Below are positions 19,058 to 28,869 of a stretch of 64,000 bases of DNA, piece by piece. A program made the position numbers and the translations under genes. The stretch lies in the NCBI GenBank assembly GCA_963850305.1, contig CAWKKR010000001.1, positions 448,001-512,000 on the forward strand, given 5' to 3'. Numbering within the stretch: the first letter of the stretch is position 1; every line of letters starts with the position of its first letter. This DNA comes from an uncultured delta proteobacterium (lineage in GTDB: Bacteria > Myxococcota_A > Polyangia > Polyangiales > Polyangiaceae). Under the pieces are notes generated by a model. The model was not told where the DNA came from and ran no database searches. It worked only from the letters and a program-made list of their open reading frames with translations.

Positions 19058-19357
19058 TCACTGACGACCGACGTCCGGCGAAGCTCGGCCGTCCGACCAT
19101 ACGAAGCCGATCTCGCTCCAGAGATCGGCGAGGGTCGTCGTGAGCTCATCGCGTCGCGAGTGGGGTGCGGCGATCACGACCTCCCCTCCATCACGCCGGT
19201 CGCTCGGGCTGCCGCGGGGCTCGGCAAATAGTGCGGCGAGGCCCTCGCTCGCTTCGAGGATCCCCTTGATGAATACGACGTCCGACTCGCGGACGCGAAT
19301 TCGAATACACGTGAGCTCCTCACCGAGTAGCGAATCGAGCCATGCTTTGCCGTCCAT
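19058..19357 (-). CDS. Small protein, DUF4911-like
   Basis: IRVRESDVVFIKGILEASEGLA resembles the DUF4911 pattern as I recall it. Confidence 0.6.
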   Translation of the reverse strand: MDGKAWLDSLLGEELTCIRIRVRESDVVFIKGILEASEGLAALFAEPRGSPSDRRDGGEVVIAAPHSRRDELTTTLADLWSEIGFVWSDGRASPDVGRQ

Positions 19358-19377
19358 TCGAGAAGAGCTATATCACG

Positions 19378-20814
19378 GTGGTGGTGACACCCGGTTCCGA
19401 CGACCTCGACGATCTCTCGAAGAAGGAAGAGCCTCTGGTGGAGGAGGACGAGGAAACCGCGGAGGCTGAATTCGACGAGGGCCTACGCTTCTTCGATGAT
19501 GACGAGGATCTCGACGACGCGACCGCCGCCGAAATCGAGACCGGGATCGCACTCTGGGATGAGCCCGAGGCGGACGGTGATGAACCGGAGCTCTCCATGG
19601 AGGACCTCGGGGACGTCTTCTCTGCGGCGTCGGCATCGGAGGAGCCTTCGTCCGAGGGAGACGACCTTGGACCACTCGACGACGCCTTCCGGCCTGATTC
19701 GGCGGACTCGGAGACATTCGATCCGGACGACGACTCCGTCGGCGCGAATGAAGTCGAAGAGTTCGTCCCGTCGGAAATGCCGGACATCGACGATGTCGAC
19801 GACGAAGATACGCTGCGCTCCGAAGAGGTCATCTCTCTCGCGCTGGGCGCCGAGGAGGAGCCGCCGCACGCCGAGCTCTCGTGGGTCGACGTACCGATCT
19901 CCGGCTTGGCGCAACCGCGCCGTCTGGTCGTGCGGGTGGGCGAGGAAATCATCGCAGGTGGCAGCGACGTCGTGCGCATCGACGCGGAGGACGGGGTCGA
20001 ATCGATCTCGGGAGAGCTGCGCGGAGGTGCGGTGAGCTTGGTGGCCGACGGAGACCAAGCGACGCTTCTGGTCGCGACCGGCGCGGGGGAGTTATTCAGA
20101 CTGTGCCGAGGACGACCGCCTGAGGTGCTGGAGTCCTGGAAGGATGCGTCGATTTCCGGTCGCTCGTCGAACTCCGCGCTCACCCTCGGTGGGCCGACTC
20201 GCAGCACGTTGCCCGCGATCTTGCTCCGTGTTTCCACCGATGGTGTGCTGCTCGAGAGTACCGACCGTGGGACCACGTTCCGACGGATCGAGCTTCGCGG
20301 CAAGGTCTGCTCCTTGTCGACCGGATCGCCGCCGCTCTGCGTCGTCGAATCGCATGACTCGTTGCGACTTTTCCGCTCGGCGACTTCCGGCGGCTTCACG
20401 GCGATCCACGGCGAATGGCCCTTCGAGGCGGATGGAATCGAGCTCGTAACCGAGGGGGACATCGTCGCGTTGCTCGAGCGGGGTCGAGGCGTGCACGTCT
20501 CGATCGATGGCGGAGGCAACTTTCAACCGGTGGCGGGCCTTGCCAGGGCTACCGCGGTGTGCGCCGGGAAATTGAGCGGCCGGCGCTCCACGTTCGCGGC
20601 TCTGTTCGATCCACCGAGCGGTCGCACCTCCCTCGTGTGGGTCGACGCGGCCTCACCGGCAGCTTTCGTGATTGCGACTCTGAGCCCGCATTCCGAAGAC
20701 GATGACGACGACTGGGCGAAGGTTCTGTCGCTTACCTGGGATCACAATACGGAATCGCTCTGGGGCGCCGGAAAGTTCGGAGTCCGGAGGTGGCGGAGAC
20801 CGCCGAGCGCTTGA
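19378..20814 (+). CDS. Hypothetical protein with a very acidic N-terminal region and a probable beta-propeller
   Basis: About 160 aa of D/E-rich sequence, then Asp-box-like motifs STDRGTTF, SATSGGF and SIDGGGNF. Start uncertain (GTG cluster near 19378). Confidence 0.7.
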   Translation: MVVTPGSDDLDDLSKKEEPLVEEDEETAEAEFDEGLRFFDDDEDLDDATAAEIETGIALWDEPEADGDEPELSMEDLGDVFSAASASEEPSSEGDDLGPLDDAFRPDSADSETFDPDDDSVGANEVEEFVPSEMPDIDDVDDEDTLRSEEVISLALGAEEEPPHAELSWVDVPISGLAQPRRLVVRVGEEIIAGGSDVVRIDAEDGVESISGELRGGAVSLVADGDQATLLVATGAGELFRLCRGRPPEVLESWKDASISGRSSNSALTLGGPTRSTLPAILLRVSTDGVLLESTDRGTTFRRIELRGKVCSLSTGSPPLCVVESHDSLRLFRSATSGGFTAIHGEWPFEADGIELVTEGDIVALLERGRGVHVSIDGGGNFQPVAGLARATAVCAGKLSGRRSTFAALFDPPSGRTSLVWVDAASPAAFVIATLSPHSEDDDDDWAKVLSLTWDHNTESLWGAGKFGVRRWRRPPSA

Positions 20815-20855
20815 ACCTGACGCGCTCGCCGTCGTCCGAACGGGGCAGAGGCGCG

Positions 20856-22721
20856 TCACGTCTCTCGAGCGACTGCGCGAGGCGCGAGGATGGCGGCCGC
20901 CTCGCGATACGCGTCCGCAACCCTCCGATCGCGAGGAGCTAGCCTGAGCGCAACGGCGAGGTGACGTTCCGCCGCTGCGGCGTCGTGCTTCGCGTCCCAT
21001 TCGAACCGGGCGGCGGAACGGAGCCAATCCGTCGCGGAGGGAACGTCGACCACCGCCGAGAGCTCGATGACCTCGCGCATGCGCGCGTAAGCGAGCGTCG
21101 CACCGACCACGTCGCCCAGCTTCTCTCGCCATTCGGCTTCGAGGGCTCGCGCCTCCACTAGGCGCGTCGATGGCGCCGCGATCTGTCGGACGCGCGCGAT
21201 CGCCTGGGGAAGATCTCCAGCCTTCGCGAGAATCTTCGCCAGATCGAGGAGGGCGTCGAACTCTGGCTCGCCGGCGGCCTCGCCGAGAGCAATGGCACGA
21301 GCCAGCAGAGCCGTCGCGCGATCGGCGCGGCCCGACTCGAGGAGCGCGCGGCCGAGGCCGGCGGTAGCCGTAGGGTCATCCGGAACGTATCGAAGCGCGC
21401 GCTCGAACATCCTGCCGGCATCGCGCTGATAGCCGAGGGCCAACAAACTTCGAGCGGCCTTCCTGCAGGTCTCGTGGCGACGGGCATTGCCCTTGCTGCC
21501 CGCTTCCAGGTGTTCGGCGTCGGCGATCGCGCCCGTCACGTCAGCGATCTCGAGCTTTGCGTCGAAGCGCCTCCAGCGGACGCTCGGGAGGCCGGGGCAC
21601 CGCGCAACGGCCTCGTCGAGCGCACGCAAGCGCGAAACGGGATCCGTCTCGAGCCTCGAAATCTGCGCCCATAGCAGCGACGCCAGCGGCGCATATTCCT
21701 CGTCGCGAGTCACTGCCAGGAGCGCGTGACGCGCACCCTCCGTGTCACCCGTTCGAGCGAGGAGCGTCGCGCCGACGGCGCCAGCGTCGCCGATCGGCAT
21801 CGACTCCACGAGGATCGAGAGAGCGGCTTCCGCGCGTTCGCCCGCATGAGCGTCGATCTCGGCAACCAGTCGCGACAGTTCGGGGTGCCGCGGCGCACGT
21901 TCGAGCGCCTGAACATATCCGGCGCGCGCCGCCTCGAGTGCTCCGCGTGCCAGGTCGTCGTCTGCACCCCGGACGAGTTCCGCGAGCTCGAGCGCGCGGA
22001 GAACCCGCTCGCTCTGCCCGGGCGGCGGGAAGGAAACGTCGAGGTCCACGGCCAGCGTGTCCCCGTCGCCCCCCAGCACGGCGCATCGAACCCCGGTGGC
22101 CGCCGGAGCTCGTGCGCCGACGGCGGGCATCACTTCACGAGCGATCACCGCACCGACGCCCGATAACGTCATGACGCGTCCCTGCCGCGAGAGCGCGCGC
22201 CCGAAGACCGTATCCAGGACATGAAGGGCCGTCGCCAGCGCCGGACCGTCGAGTTCCGCGCCGCGCGCGCGTGAGAGCACGCATCGCGCATCCTCGCCAG
22301 CAGGTGCCCAGAGCAGGTCGAACGCGACGGCCCCGCCATTCCCGACCAAGCCGATGCCCACCCCGTCCGGAATTCGCCACACCGACGCGGGCCGCACGAG
22401 CCCGCCGAGCGCCTCCCGGAGCCGCCTGTCGAGCCAACGCGAGAGCGCATCGAGACGGATCTTGAGTGCGACATGCTCGAGCTTGCCCCGGCGATGTCGG
22501 AAGACGCGCACTCCGCCGGACAGATCGACGGGGAACTTCAGGTTCGGGAGCGTCACGCCGAGCCGCTGCACCTCGACGGGCCCCACCTCGACCGGTTCGT
22601 AGAGTTCCAGCCCCAGTGCACCGCGAGCCACTGTGAGCCTCAGGGGGACGAGCGGTTCTTCGTCAGGCGGCTCCCCCGGGGGGACCGGGGTGCTTGCCCT
22701 CAGACGGATCGAACGCGCCAC
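20856..22721 (-). CDS. Tetratricopeptide-repeat protein
   Basis: Repeated helical motifs (YVQALERAP, FERALRYVPDD, LAVALRLAP). Start placed at GTG 22721 to avoid overlapping the upstream gene. Confidence 0.75.
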   Translation of the reverse strand: MARSIRLRASTPVPPGEPPDEEPLVPLRLTVARGALGLELYEPVEVGPVEVQRLGVTLPNLKFPVDLSGGVRVFRHRRGKLEHVALKIRLDALSRWLDRRLREALGGLVRPASVWRIPDGVGIGLVGNGGAVAFDLLWAPAGEDARCVLSRARGAELDGPALATALHVLDTVFGRALSRQGRVMTLSGVGAVIAREVMPAVGARAPAATGVRCAVLGGDGDTLAVDLDVSFPPPGQSERVLRALELAELVRGADDDLARGALEAARAGYVQALERAPRHPELSRLVAEIDAHAGERAEAALSILVESMPIGDAGAVGATLLARTGDTEGARHALLAVTRDEEYAPLASLLWAQISRLETDPVSRLRALDEAVARCPGLPSVRWRRFDAKLEIADVTGAIADAEHLEAGSKGNARRHETCRKAARSLLALGYQRDAGRMFERALRYVPDDPTATAGLGRALLESGRADRATALLARAIALGEAAGEPEFDALLDLAKILAKAGDLPQAIARVRQIAAPSTRLVEARALEAEWREKLGDVVGATLAYARMREVIELSAVVDVPSATDWLRSAARFEWDAKHDAAAAERHLAVALRLAPRDRRVADAYREAAAILAPRAVARET

Positions 22722-22815
22722 CTTGGCACCGATCGTATCAGCACACGATCCGCGACGGGCAATATTGCTGTGCCAGCACGATCCAGCCCTTGCCTGGCGA
22801 GACCCGCCAAGACGC

Positions 22816-23409
22816 TCAGGAGGCGTCACCTCGCGCAAGCTTCGACTTCATTCGTCGCATCAGCTCGGCGAAGCCATCCTTCTTGATGATCCGGTTGAAC
22901 TGTTGGTGATAGTTCCCGACGAGGCTCGACCCTTCGGTAACGATGTCCTTGATCCGAAACGCCCCGGAGACGCGGTGAACCACGTAGTCGATTGAAATCG
23001 GTTCCTCGCGCGCGTTCGTCCGGCTTTGCGCGGTCGTCTTCACTACGGACGAGTCGCCGTCCTTCGTCTCTCCGCCGAAGGTGACATCGTAGTTCAGGGT
23101 GCGGTCGAGGTTCTTTCGATACGCGCGCTGAACCAGGCCCTTGAGCGTCTCCTCGAACTCCTTGCGCTCGGCATCGGTCCGTTCCGCCCAGCGATCCCCG
23201 AGCGACCCTTGCGCCAGCGCGTCGTAATCCAGGATCGAGTCGAAGACGGCGATGATCTTCTTCTGTGCGTCCGCGCCGCCCTTCTTGTCGAGCGACTGAA
23301 GCTCGGCCTGCTTGTCCTTCATGAACGCTTGCGCCTCAGGGTCCGCGGCGGCCGTGCCGGCGAGGGTGAGCGCCACGAGCAACCAACTGAGCCTTGAAAT
23401 TCCGCGCAT
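22816..23409 (-). CDS. MlaC/Ttg2D-family periplasmic phospholipid-binding protein
   Basis: Signal peptide; LDYDALA..SLG.RW, ERKEF, I.DIVTEG.SLV.NY..QF..II.K.G. Confidence 0.85.
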   Translation of the reverse strand: MRGISRLSWLLVALTLAGTAAADPEAQAFMKDKQAELQSLDKKGGADAQKKIIAVFDSILDYDALAQGSLGDRWAERTDAERKEFEETLKGLVQRAYRKNLDRTLNYDVTFGGETKDGDSSVVKTTAQSRTNAREEPISIDYVVHRVSGAFRIKDIVTEGSSLVGNYHQQFNRIIKKDGFAELMRRMKSKLARGDAS

Positions 23410-23598
23410 TCGAGAGACTCCTAGTCCGAGCGCTTGGAAACGCAAGTTGGATGCCAAGCGACGACGCTAGCGGCGACCGGCAGCTTGCTCGAGACCGAAC
23501 ACACTGAAACAACTGGATATTTCTAGCGGGTAACGGGAACGATGACGTCGCGGCCTACCCCTCACCGTGAGGCCTTCGCGCAACAGGGGCCGGTTACG

Positions 23599-24954
23599 TT
23601 ACGGCGGCGGTGGTACGGAGCCGCCTATCAGGTAGGCGGAAGCCTCTTCGCTGACTGGTAAAGTGGGTCCGAGATCGACGCGGAACGTCGCGCCGGCACC
23701 GCGTTCGCTTTCCACGGCGATGGAGAAGCCGTGATCGTCGGCGACGCGCTTGACCACGGCCAGACCTATGCCCGTGCCGTGCGAGCGCGTGGTGAAAAAG
23801 GCATCGAACAGGCGTTCCCGGGCCTCTGTGTCGATTCCAACTCCGTCGTCCTTCACGGTCAAGACGGCGTTCCCGGCGCTCGCATGGACGCGAACGTCGA
23901 CCGAGCCGCCCGCGCTCGCGGCTTGAACCGCGTTCCTCACCAGATTCCAGATCAGCTGGCGCAGCTGCGCCGGGTCGGCGCGAACGGTGAGGGTCTGTTC
24001 ACCCGAAAACGCGATGGAAACATCCGAAGCCGCTCGCCCGGACTTCGATGCGAGGTCGACCACTTCGCGGGCCAGCCGGGCTGCGTTCACCGCCACGGGC
24101 GCGGGCGTGCGGGGTCGAGCCACGTCCATCATGTCCGTGACGAGGTCGTTCAGCCGGGATGCTTCGCGCTGGATGATCTCGCACAGCAGACGGTCCTCCG
24201 TCGACAGGGCCCGACTCGTCCGAAGAAGCTGCACCGACCCCGCGATCGATCCGAGGGGATTTCTGATTTCATGCGCGAGAGCGGCCGACAGGCGGCCGAG
24301 TACAGCGAGCCGTTCGGCGCTTTCCGCACGCGCCTCTGCCTCGACGACTCGTCCGGACGCGGCCCTGAGGCGGTCCGCCAGGTAGCTGGTAAGCAACGTC
24401 ACCAGAATGAGGACGAGGACGTTGACGAACAGGTGGTAGGAGAGCTCTTCTCCGGAAAGTACATAGATCGCGGGCGGCTGATCCGGCGGCGGCGGGATGG
24501 TCCCCACGAAGAGCCCCACGGCCAGGAGCGAGTAGAAGCCGATGCCGGTGAGACCGGCCAGCGTCGCCCCGCGGAGTCCGATGAGGAAGCTACCGATCAG
24601 GCACGTCACGCCATACAGAGACGTCGCACCGCTTGCTGCGCCGCCGGTGAGATAGACGAGCACCGTCCACGTCGCTTGATCCAGGACGAGCTGAGCCGTC
24701 GTGAGCACGACGAGACCGCGGCCGCTCCGCAAGACAGCGGCGTAAACCCCGGCAAGGGCGAATGCGATCGCAACGGTGGCGACGATGATCTGAACCGTGG
24801 TGGAACCCACGGCGAAGCCGCGGCGAACGTTGACGGCCGCGATGGCGCCGAGCGCCATGGCAAGAAATATTACGCGTCCGCCGATGACCCACGCCAACCG
24901 TCGCACGAGCGGCATGCCGGCGACGACTTCCGGAACCCCGAGCCGGACCGCCAT
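23599..24954 (-). CDS. pilS: PilS-like membrane sensor histidine kinase
   Basis: Multiple transmembrane segments with LVYLTGG..S; H-box AHEIRNPLGSI; NLVRNA, DDGVG, FFTT, GTGIGL. Directly follows pilC. Confidence 0.82.
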   Translation of the reverse strand: MAVRLGVPEVVAGMPLVRRLAWVIGGRVIFLAMALGAIAAVNVRRGFAVGSTTVQIIVATVAIAFALAGVYAAVLRSGRGLVVLTTAQLVLDQATWTVLVYLTGGAASGATSLYGVTCLIGSFLIGLRGATLAGLTGIGFYSLLAVGLFVGTIPPPPDQPPAIYVLSGEELSYHLFVNVLVLILVTLLTSYLADRLRAASGRVVEAEARAESAERLAVLGRLSAALAHEIRNPLGSIAGSVQLLRTSRALSTEDRLLCEIIQREASRLNDLVTDMMDVARPRTPAPVAVNAARLAREVVDLASKSGRAASDVSIAFSGEQTLTVRADPAQLRQLIWNLVRNAVQAASAGGSVDVRVHASAGNAVLTVKDDGVGIDTEARERLFDAFFTTRSHGTGIGLAVVKRVADDHGFSIAVESERGAGATFRVDLGPTLPVSEEASAYLIGGSVPPPP

Positions 24955-24969
24955 CCTACGAGTCCCGGC

Positions 24970-26187
24970 TCAATCGGCCTTGATGTTACCGGCGAGAGAG
25001 AAGATCGGCAGGTACATCGATACGAGCACCACGCCGACCATCCCGCCGATCCCCACCATCATGATGGGCTCGAGCATGCTGGTCAGCGACGCCACGGCGA
25101 TGTCCGTCTCTTCCTCGTAGAAGTCGGCTATCTTGTTCAGCATCTGATCGAGCGCCCCGGTCTGCTCGCCGACCGCGATCATCTGCACCACCATGTCCGG
25201 AAAGACCTTCGCTTCCACGAGGGGCTCGGCCATGTTCTTGCCCTCGCTGATGCGCTGGCGGACGAGCATGATCCCCGCTTCGATGATCACGTTGCCCGCG
25301 GTCTTGGCACAGATCTCGAGAGCATCCAGAATCGGGACGCCGGATTGAAGTAGCGTGCCGAGCGTCCGCGTGAACCGGGCAACGGCAATCTTCTGCAGAA
25401 CGGGGCCCATGATGGGGATCCGGAGAAGCAACCTGTGGAAGAACCGCTTCCCGGCCGGATTCCGGTATGTGTAGACCAAGGCCGTGGACACGCCCGCAGC
25501 GAGCACGAAGACGAGCGGCAAGTACGAGATGAAGCTGTGTGAAATGGCGACCATCATCCGCGTGAGTACCGGCAGATTGTCTTTGCCCCCGCCGAACTCC
25601 TTGAACATGTTCTCGAACGCCGGAATGACGAACGTCAACATGACCGTCATGACGCCGATGGCGATGAAAAACACGATCGTCGGGTAGCTCAGCGCGCCCC
25701 GGAGCTGGCGAATGAGCTTCTGGCGCTTCTCCAGATACACCGACAAGCGGTTCATGATGTTGTCGAGGATGCCTCCGGTCTCACCGGCGTGGATGAGGTT
25801 GACGAAGAGCTCGTCGAAAATCTTCGGATGACGCGCGAGGGCATCGCTGAACGTCGACCCTTGTTCCACGGAACTCTTCACGTCCTTCAGGCAGGCCCCG
25901 AACACCGGACTCTTCTGTTGCCCGGCGAGGATGTCGAGACATTGAACCAGGGGGAGCCCCGCGTCGATCATGGTCGCGAAGAGCCGCGTGAACGTCACCA
26001 GGTCCCTCGTATCGACGCCGCCCCCGAACTTCGGGAGCCTGAACTCCATTGCCTTCTTCCGGACCGTTACCGGATTCAGATTCTGCTGACGCAGGCGCTG
26101 ATTGACTGCCTCAGCGTCATCCGCCTCCATGACGCCACGGCGGACCTCTCCGCTGCGCGCACGGGCTTCCCAGGTAAATTCGGCCAT
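24970..26187 (-). CDS. pilC: Type IV pilus platform protein PilC (GspF family)
   Basis: FTRLFATMIDAGLPLVQCL, AGETGGILD, GEQTGALDQML.KIADFYEEE, MYLPIF. Confidence 0.95.
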   Translation of the reverse strand: MAEFTWEARARSGEVRRGVMEADDAEAVNQRLRQQNLNPVTVRKKAMEFRLPKFGGGVDTRDLVTFTRLFATMIDAGLPLVQCLDILAGQQKSPVFGACLKDVKSSVEQGSTFSDALARHPKIFDELFVNLIHAGETGGILDNIMNRLSVYLEKRQKLIRQLRGALSYPTIVFFIAIGVMTVMLTFVIPAFENMFKEFGGGKDNLPVLTRMMVAISHSFISYLPLVFVLAAGVSTALVYTYRNPAGKRFFHRLLLRIPIMGPVLQKIAVARFTRTLGTLLQSGVPILDALEICAKTAGNVIIEAGIMLVRQRISEGKNMAEPLVEAKVFPDMVVQMIAVGEQTGALDQMLNKIADFYEEETDIAVASLTSMLEPIMMVGIGGMVGVVLVSMYLPIFSLAGNIKAD

Positions 26188-26296
26188 TGTAAGGCGAGCC
26201 CCGAAGGGTCTCGGTCAGGATAAAGCTTAGCCCGGTCCCGGGTGAAGACCCAAGCTATTGAACGGGCGGACCCGGTTGCCTCCGCCTTCGAACCCA

Positions 26297-27442
26297 ATGC
26301 CGACGTTCAACCACATGATTCGGGACAATCTCGGCTCCTTGGCGAGGGAGGTCGTCGCGCAAGGAGTCGCTCCGGGAGCATGCGTCGGAGCTGCGGTTCG
26401 ATCGGCGGGCGGGTGGCGTTTTTCGGTCGGGGCTGCGGGCCTCCGGTCGAAAACCCTTCCGACCGCGGTCGACCCGGCTACGCCCTTCGACCTCGCAAGC
26501 GTGACGAAACCCATCGTGGCCGCGGCGATCGCCCGAATGGTACGGCGTGGACGCCTCCGATGGGAGACGCCCATCGGCGAGCTGTTACCGGAACTGACAG
26601 AGAGCGTCTCCGCGGAGGTCCCCCTGGAACTGTTCGTGGCACACCGAGCGGGCCTGGAAGCGCATCGGCCGCTCCACGAGGCTTGCACCGAAGGTGCGAC
26701 GACCGATGCGGTGGAGGCGCTGTTCATTGCCGCCAGCGCTCGCCGTCAGGATTGTCGAGGCTCGCCGCCACCGTCGGGGTTTCCGCCAGTTTACAGTGAT
26801 CTCGGGTTCCTGATCGCCGGGATCGCGGCGAGCCGTGCCGCCGGAACCGATCTCGCGACCGTGGTTTTTGAAGAGGTTGCGGGTCCTCTTGGGCTGGATC
26901 TCGATAGCTCCCACCGATGGCGCGTACGCGACCCGTCCTTTCCGGAACGGGTGGCACCCACGGAGGTCGTCGCCTACAGGGGCGGCGAATTAGTCGGGGA
27001 CGTCCACGACGAAAATGCATGGGGTATCGCCGGGCGAGGACTCGCGGGCCACGCAGGTCTCTTCGGTACGGTCGACGGAGTGCTCCGGTTCGGCGCCGCG
27101 ATGCTGGACGCGCTCGCGGGAAGGGCCGCAGACTGGCTGTCCGCGGCAGAGGCGCAGGTGCTGGTACGGCCGAGAGACGGGGGAACGCTGCGCGCAGGCT
27201 TCGACGGGAGGTCCGACGAGGGTTCGTCGGCAGGCGACGCCTTCGGGAGGCACTCGTTCGGCCATCTCGGCTTCACGGGGACCAGCCTCTGGTGCGACCC
27301 CGACGCCGATGTAGTCGGGGTCCTGCTGACCAACCGAGTCAATCCCTCGCGCGAGAACCTGGCGGTCCGCGCCGCGCGCCCGAAGGTCCACGACCGTCTG
27401 CACCGAGCGGCACGGGCCCTTGCCCGGGTCGGCGGGCCGTAA
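26297..27442 (+). CDS. Serine hydrolase, beta-lactamase (class C/AmpC-like) family
   Basis: FDLASVTK (SxxK), YSDLG, VHDENA, GHAGLFG, GHLGFTGTSLW, LLTNRV. Start uncertain (26297 or 26315). Confidence 0.88.
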   Translation: MPTFNHMIRDNLGSLAREVVAQGVAPGACVGAAVRSAGGWRFSVGAAGLRSKTLPTAVDPATPFDLASVTKPIVAAAIARMVRRGRLRWETPIGELLPELTESVSAEVPLELFVAHRAGLEAHRPLHEACTEGATTDAVEALFIAASARRQDCRGSPPPSGFPPVYSDLGFLIAGIAASRAAGTDLATVVFEEVAGPLGLDLDSSHRWRVRDPSFPERVAPTEVVAYRGGELVGDVHDENAWGIAGRGLAGHAGLFGTVDGVLRFGAAMLDALAGRAADWLSAAEAQVLVRPRDGGTLRAGFDGRSDEGSSAGDAFGRHSFGHLGFTGTSLWCDPDADVVGVLLTNRVNPSRENLAVRAARPKVHDRLHRAARALARVGGP

Positions 27443-27516
27443 ACCCTGAAAAAGCTCAGTTATTCTTCTAGGCGACTTGGCCTCGGCGGCGAATCACGGC
27501 AGGATCCTGGGCGCGG

Positions 27517-28857
27517 ATGTGGAAGCTCTCCATCGAGGACGACCAGGCCAACCAGACCGTGGTCGACCTGACGCGCGACGAGTACTCGGTCGGTCGTGAC
27601 GTCGCCAACACGGTCCGACTGACGGAGCGGAACATTTCGCGCAAGCATGCGCTCCTTCGAAAGAACGGCGTCGGCTGGATCGTGAAGGACGCCGGAAGCT
27701 ACAACGGTTGCTTCATCAACGGCGCCCGAGTCTCGACGGAAGCGGTCCTCAAGCACGGCGATCTGCTTCAGCTCGGCGACTATCGCCTCGAACTGCTCGA
27801 CGACACCATCGTGGCGCGGTTGGACTCCGACAGCAAGTCCACGACCATACCAGGACGCCAGAGCCAGACGATCCGGGAGCTCCCGAACCGGATCGTCATG
27901 ATTTCCGGGCCGGCGATCGGGGCAAGCTTCCCTCTCCTCGACAAGCGAATCGTGATCGGCCGGGGCGAAGACTGCGATCTCCCGGTGAACGACACGTCGG
28001 TGAGCCGCGTCCACGCTGAAATTCATGCGATCGACGGAGGCCAGTGGGAGGTCGTCGACCGCGACAGCTCGAATGGCGTTCGCGTCAATGGCGTCGAGTT
28101 GAAGCGTGCGATTCTCGACGCGGGGGACGTCGTCGAACTCGGGGACGTTCAGCTCAAGTTCGTGCCCGCGGGTCAGGTCTTCCATCCCCAGGAGCAAGCG
28201 GGCGCAGCCCTTCGACGGAACAGCCTCGAGCCGGGCGTGGGTGATCGGCCACCTGTCGCGCGTGCACGGACGCGCGTCGTCGCCGCACTCGCGGTGCTGA
28301 TGGCCGTCGTCGTGATCGCTGCGGTCGCGATGCGCGGCGGAAGCGGTGACGGTTCCGCGGACCCGGTGGAAGTCAGCCCGGCGGCAAAGGCCCTCGACGA
28401 TGCCCGCAACCTCCTGGCAAAAGGCGATGTCGAGGGCGCGCTCCGGAGATCTCAGGAGATACCGGATGACAGCAATCTCCGTGAGTCCACCGTGTTCAAG
28501 GAGATCCAGACGAGGTGGGCCGACGGGGTCTTCGATCAAGCCGCGAAGGAGCAAGATCGAACCCGCAGGCGCGCACTTCTCGATTTGATCGCGAAGTCAC
28601 CGGACGTCGGATCCATGGAGCGAAAGCGCGCGGCGAACGAGATCGCCGCACTCGACGCGGATAGCGTCGGCATCGAGCAGCTGCCCGCCGCCGAGCCTCA
28701 AAAGGAGACCGCCACGCCGCCCGCCACGCCGCCTGCGGCGGTCTCGGCGCCGCGCGCGCCCGGGCGCGCACCGGCAGTCGTCAACGCGACCAATCCCACA
28801 CCGCCCCGGCGAAAGGCCGACATCAAAGGCGGTCTCGTGCGTGACACCCCGTTCTGA
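27517..28857 (+). CDS. Membrane protein with two N-terminal FHA domains
   Basis: VGR...ISRKHA...SYNG and IGR...VSRVHA...SSNG FHA motifs; one transmembrane helix; helical, Pro-rich C-terminus. Confidence 0.88.
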   Translation: MWKLSIEDDQANQTVVDLTRDEYSVGRDVANTVRLTERNISRKHALLRKNGVGWIVKDAGSYNGCFINGARVSTEAVLKHGDLLQLGDYRLELLDDTIVARLDSDSKSTTIPGRQSQTIRELPNRIVMISGPAIGASFPLLDKRIVIGRGEDCDLPVNDTSVSRVHAEIHAIDGGQWEVVDRDSSNGVRVNGVELKRAILDAGDVVELGDVQLKFVPAGQVFHPQEQAGAALRRNSLEPGVGDRPPVARARTRVVAALAVLMAVVVIAAVAMRGGSGDGSADPVEVSPAAKALDDARNLLAKGDVEGALRRSQEIPDDSNLRESTVFKEIQTRWADGVFDQAAKEQDRTRRRALLDLIAKSPDVGSMERKRAANEIAALDADSVGIEQLPAAEPQKETATPPATPPAAVSAPRAPGRAPAVVNATNPTPPRRKADIKGGLVRDTPF

Positions 28858-28869
28858 GACCGCCACGCC

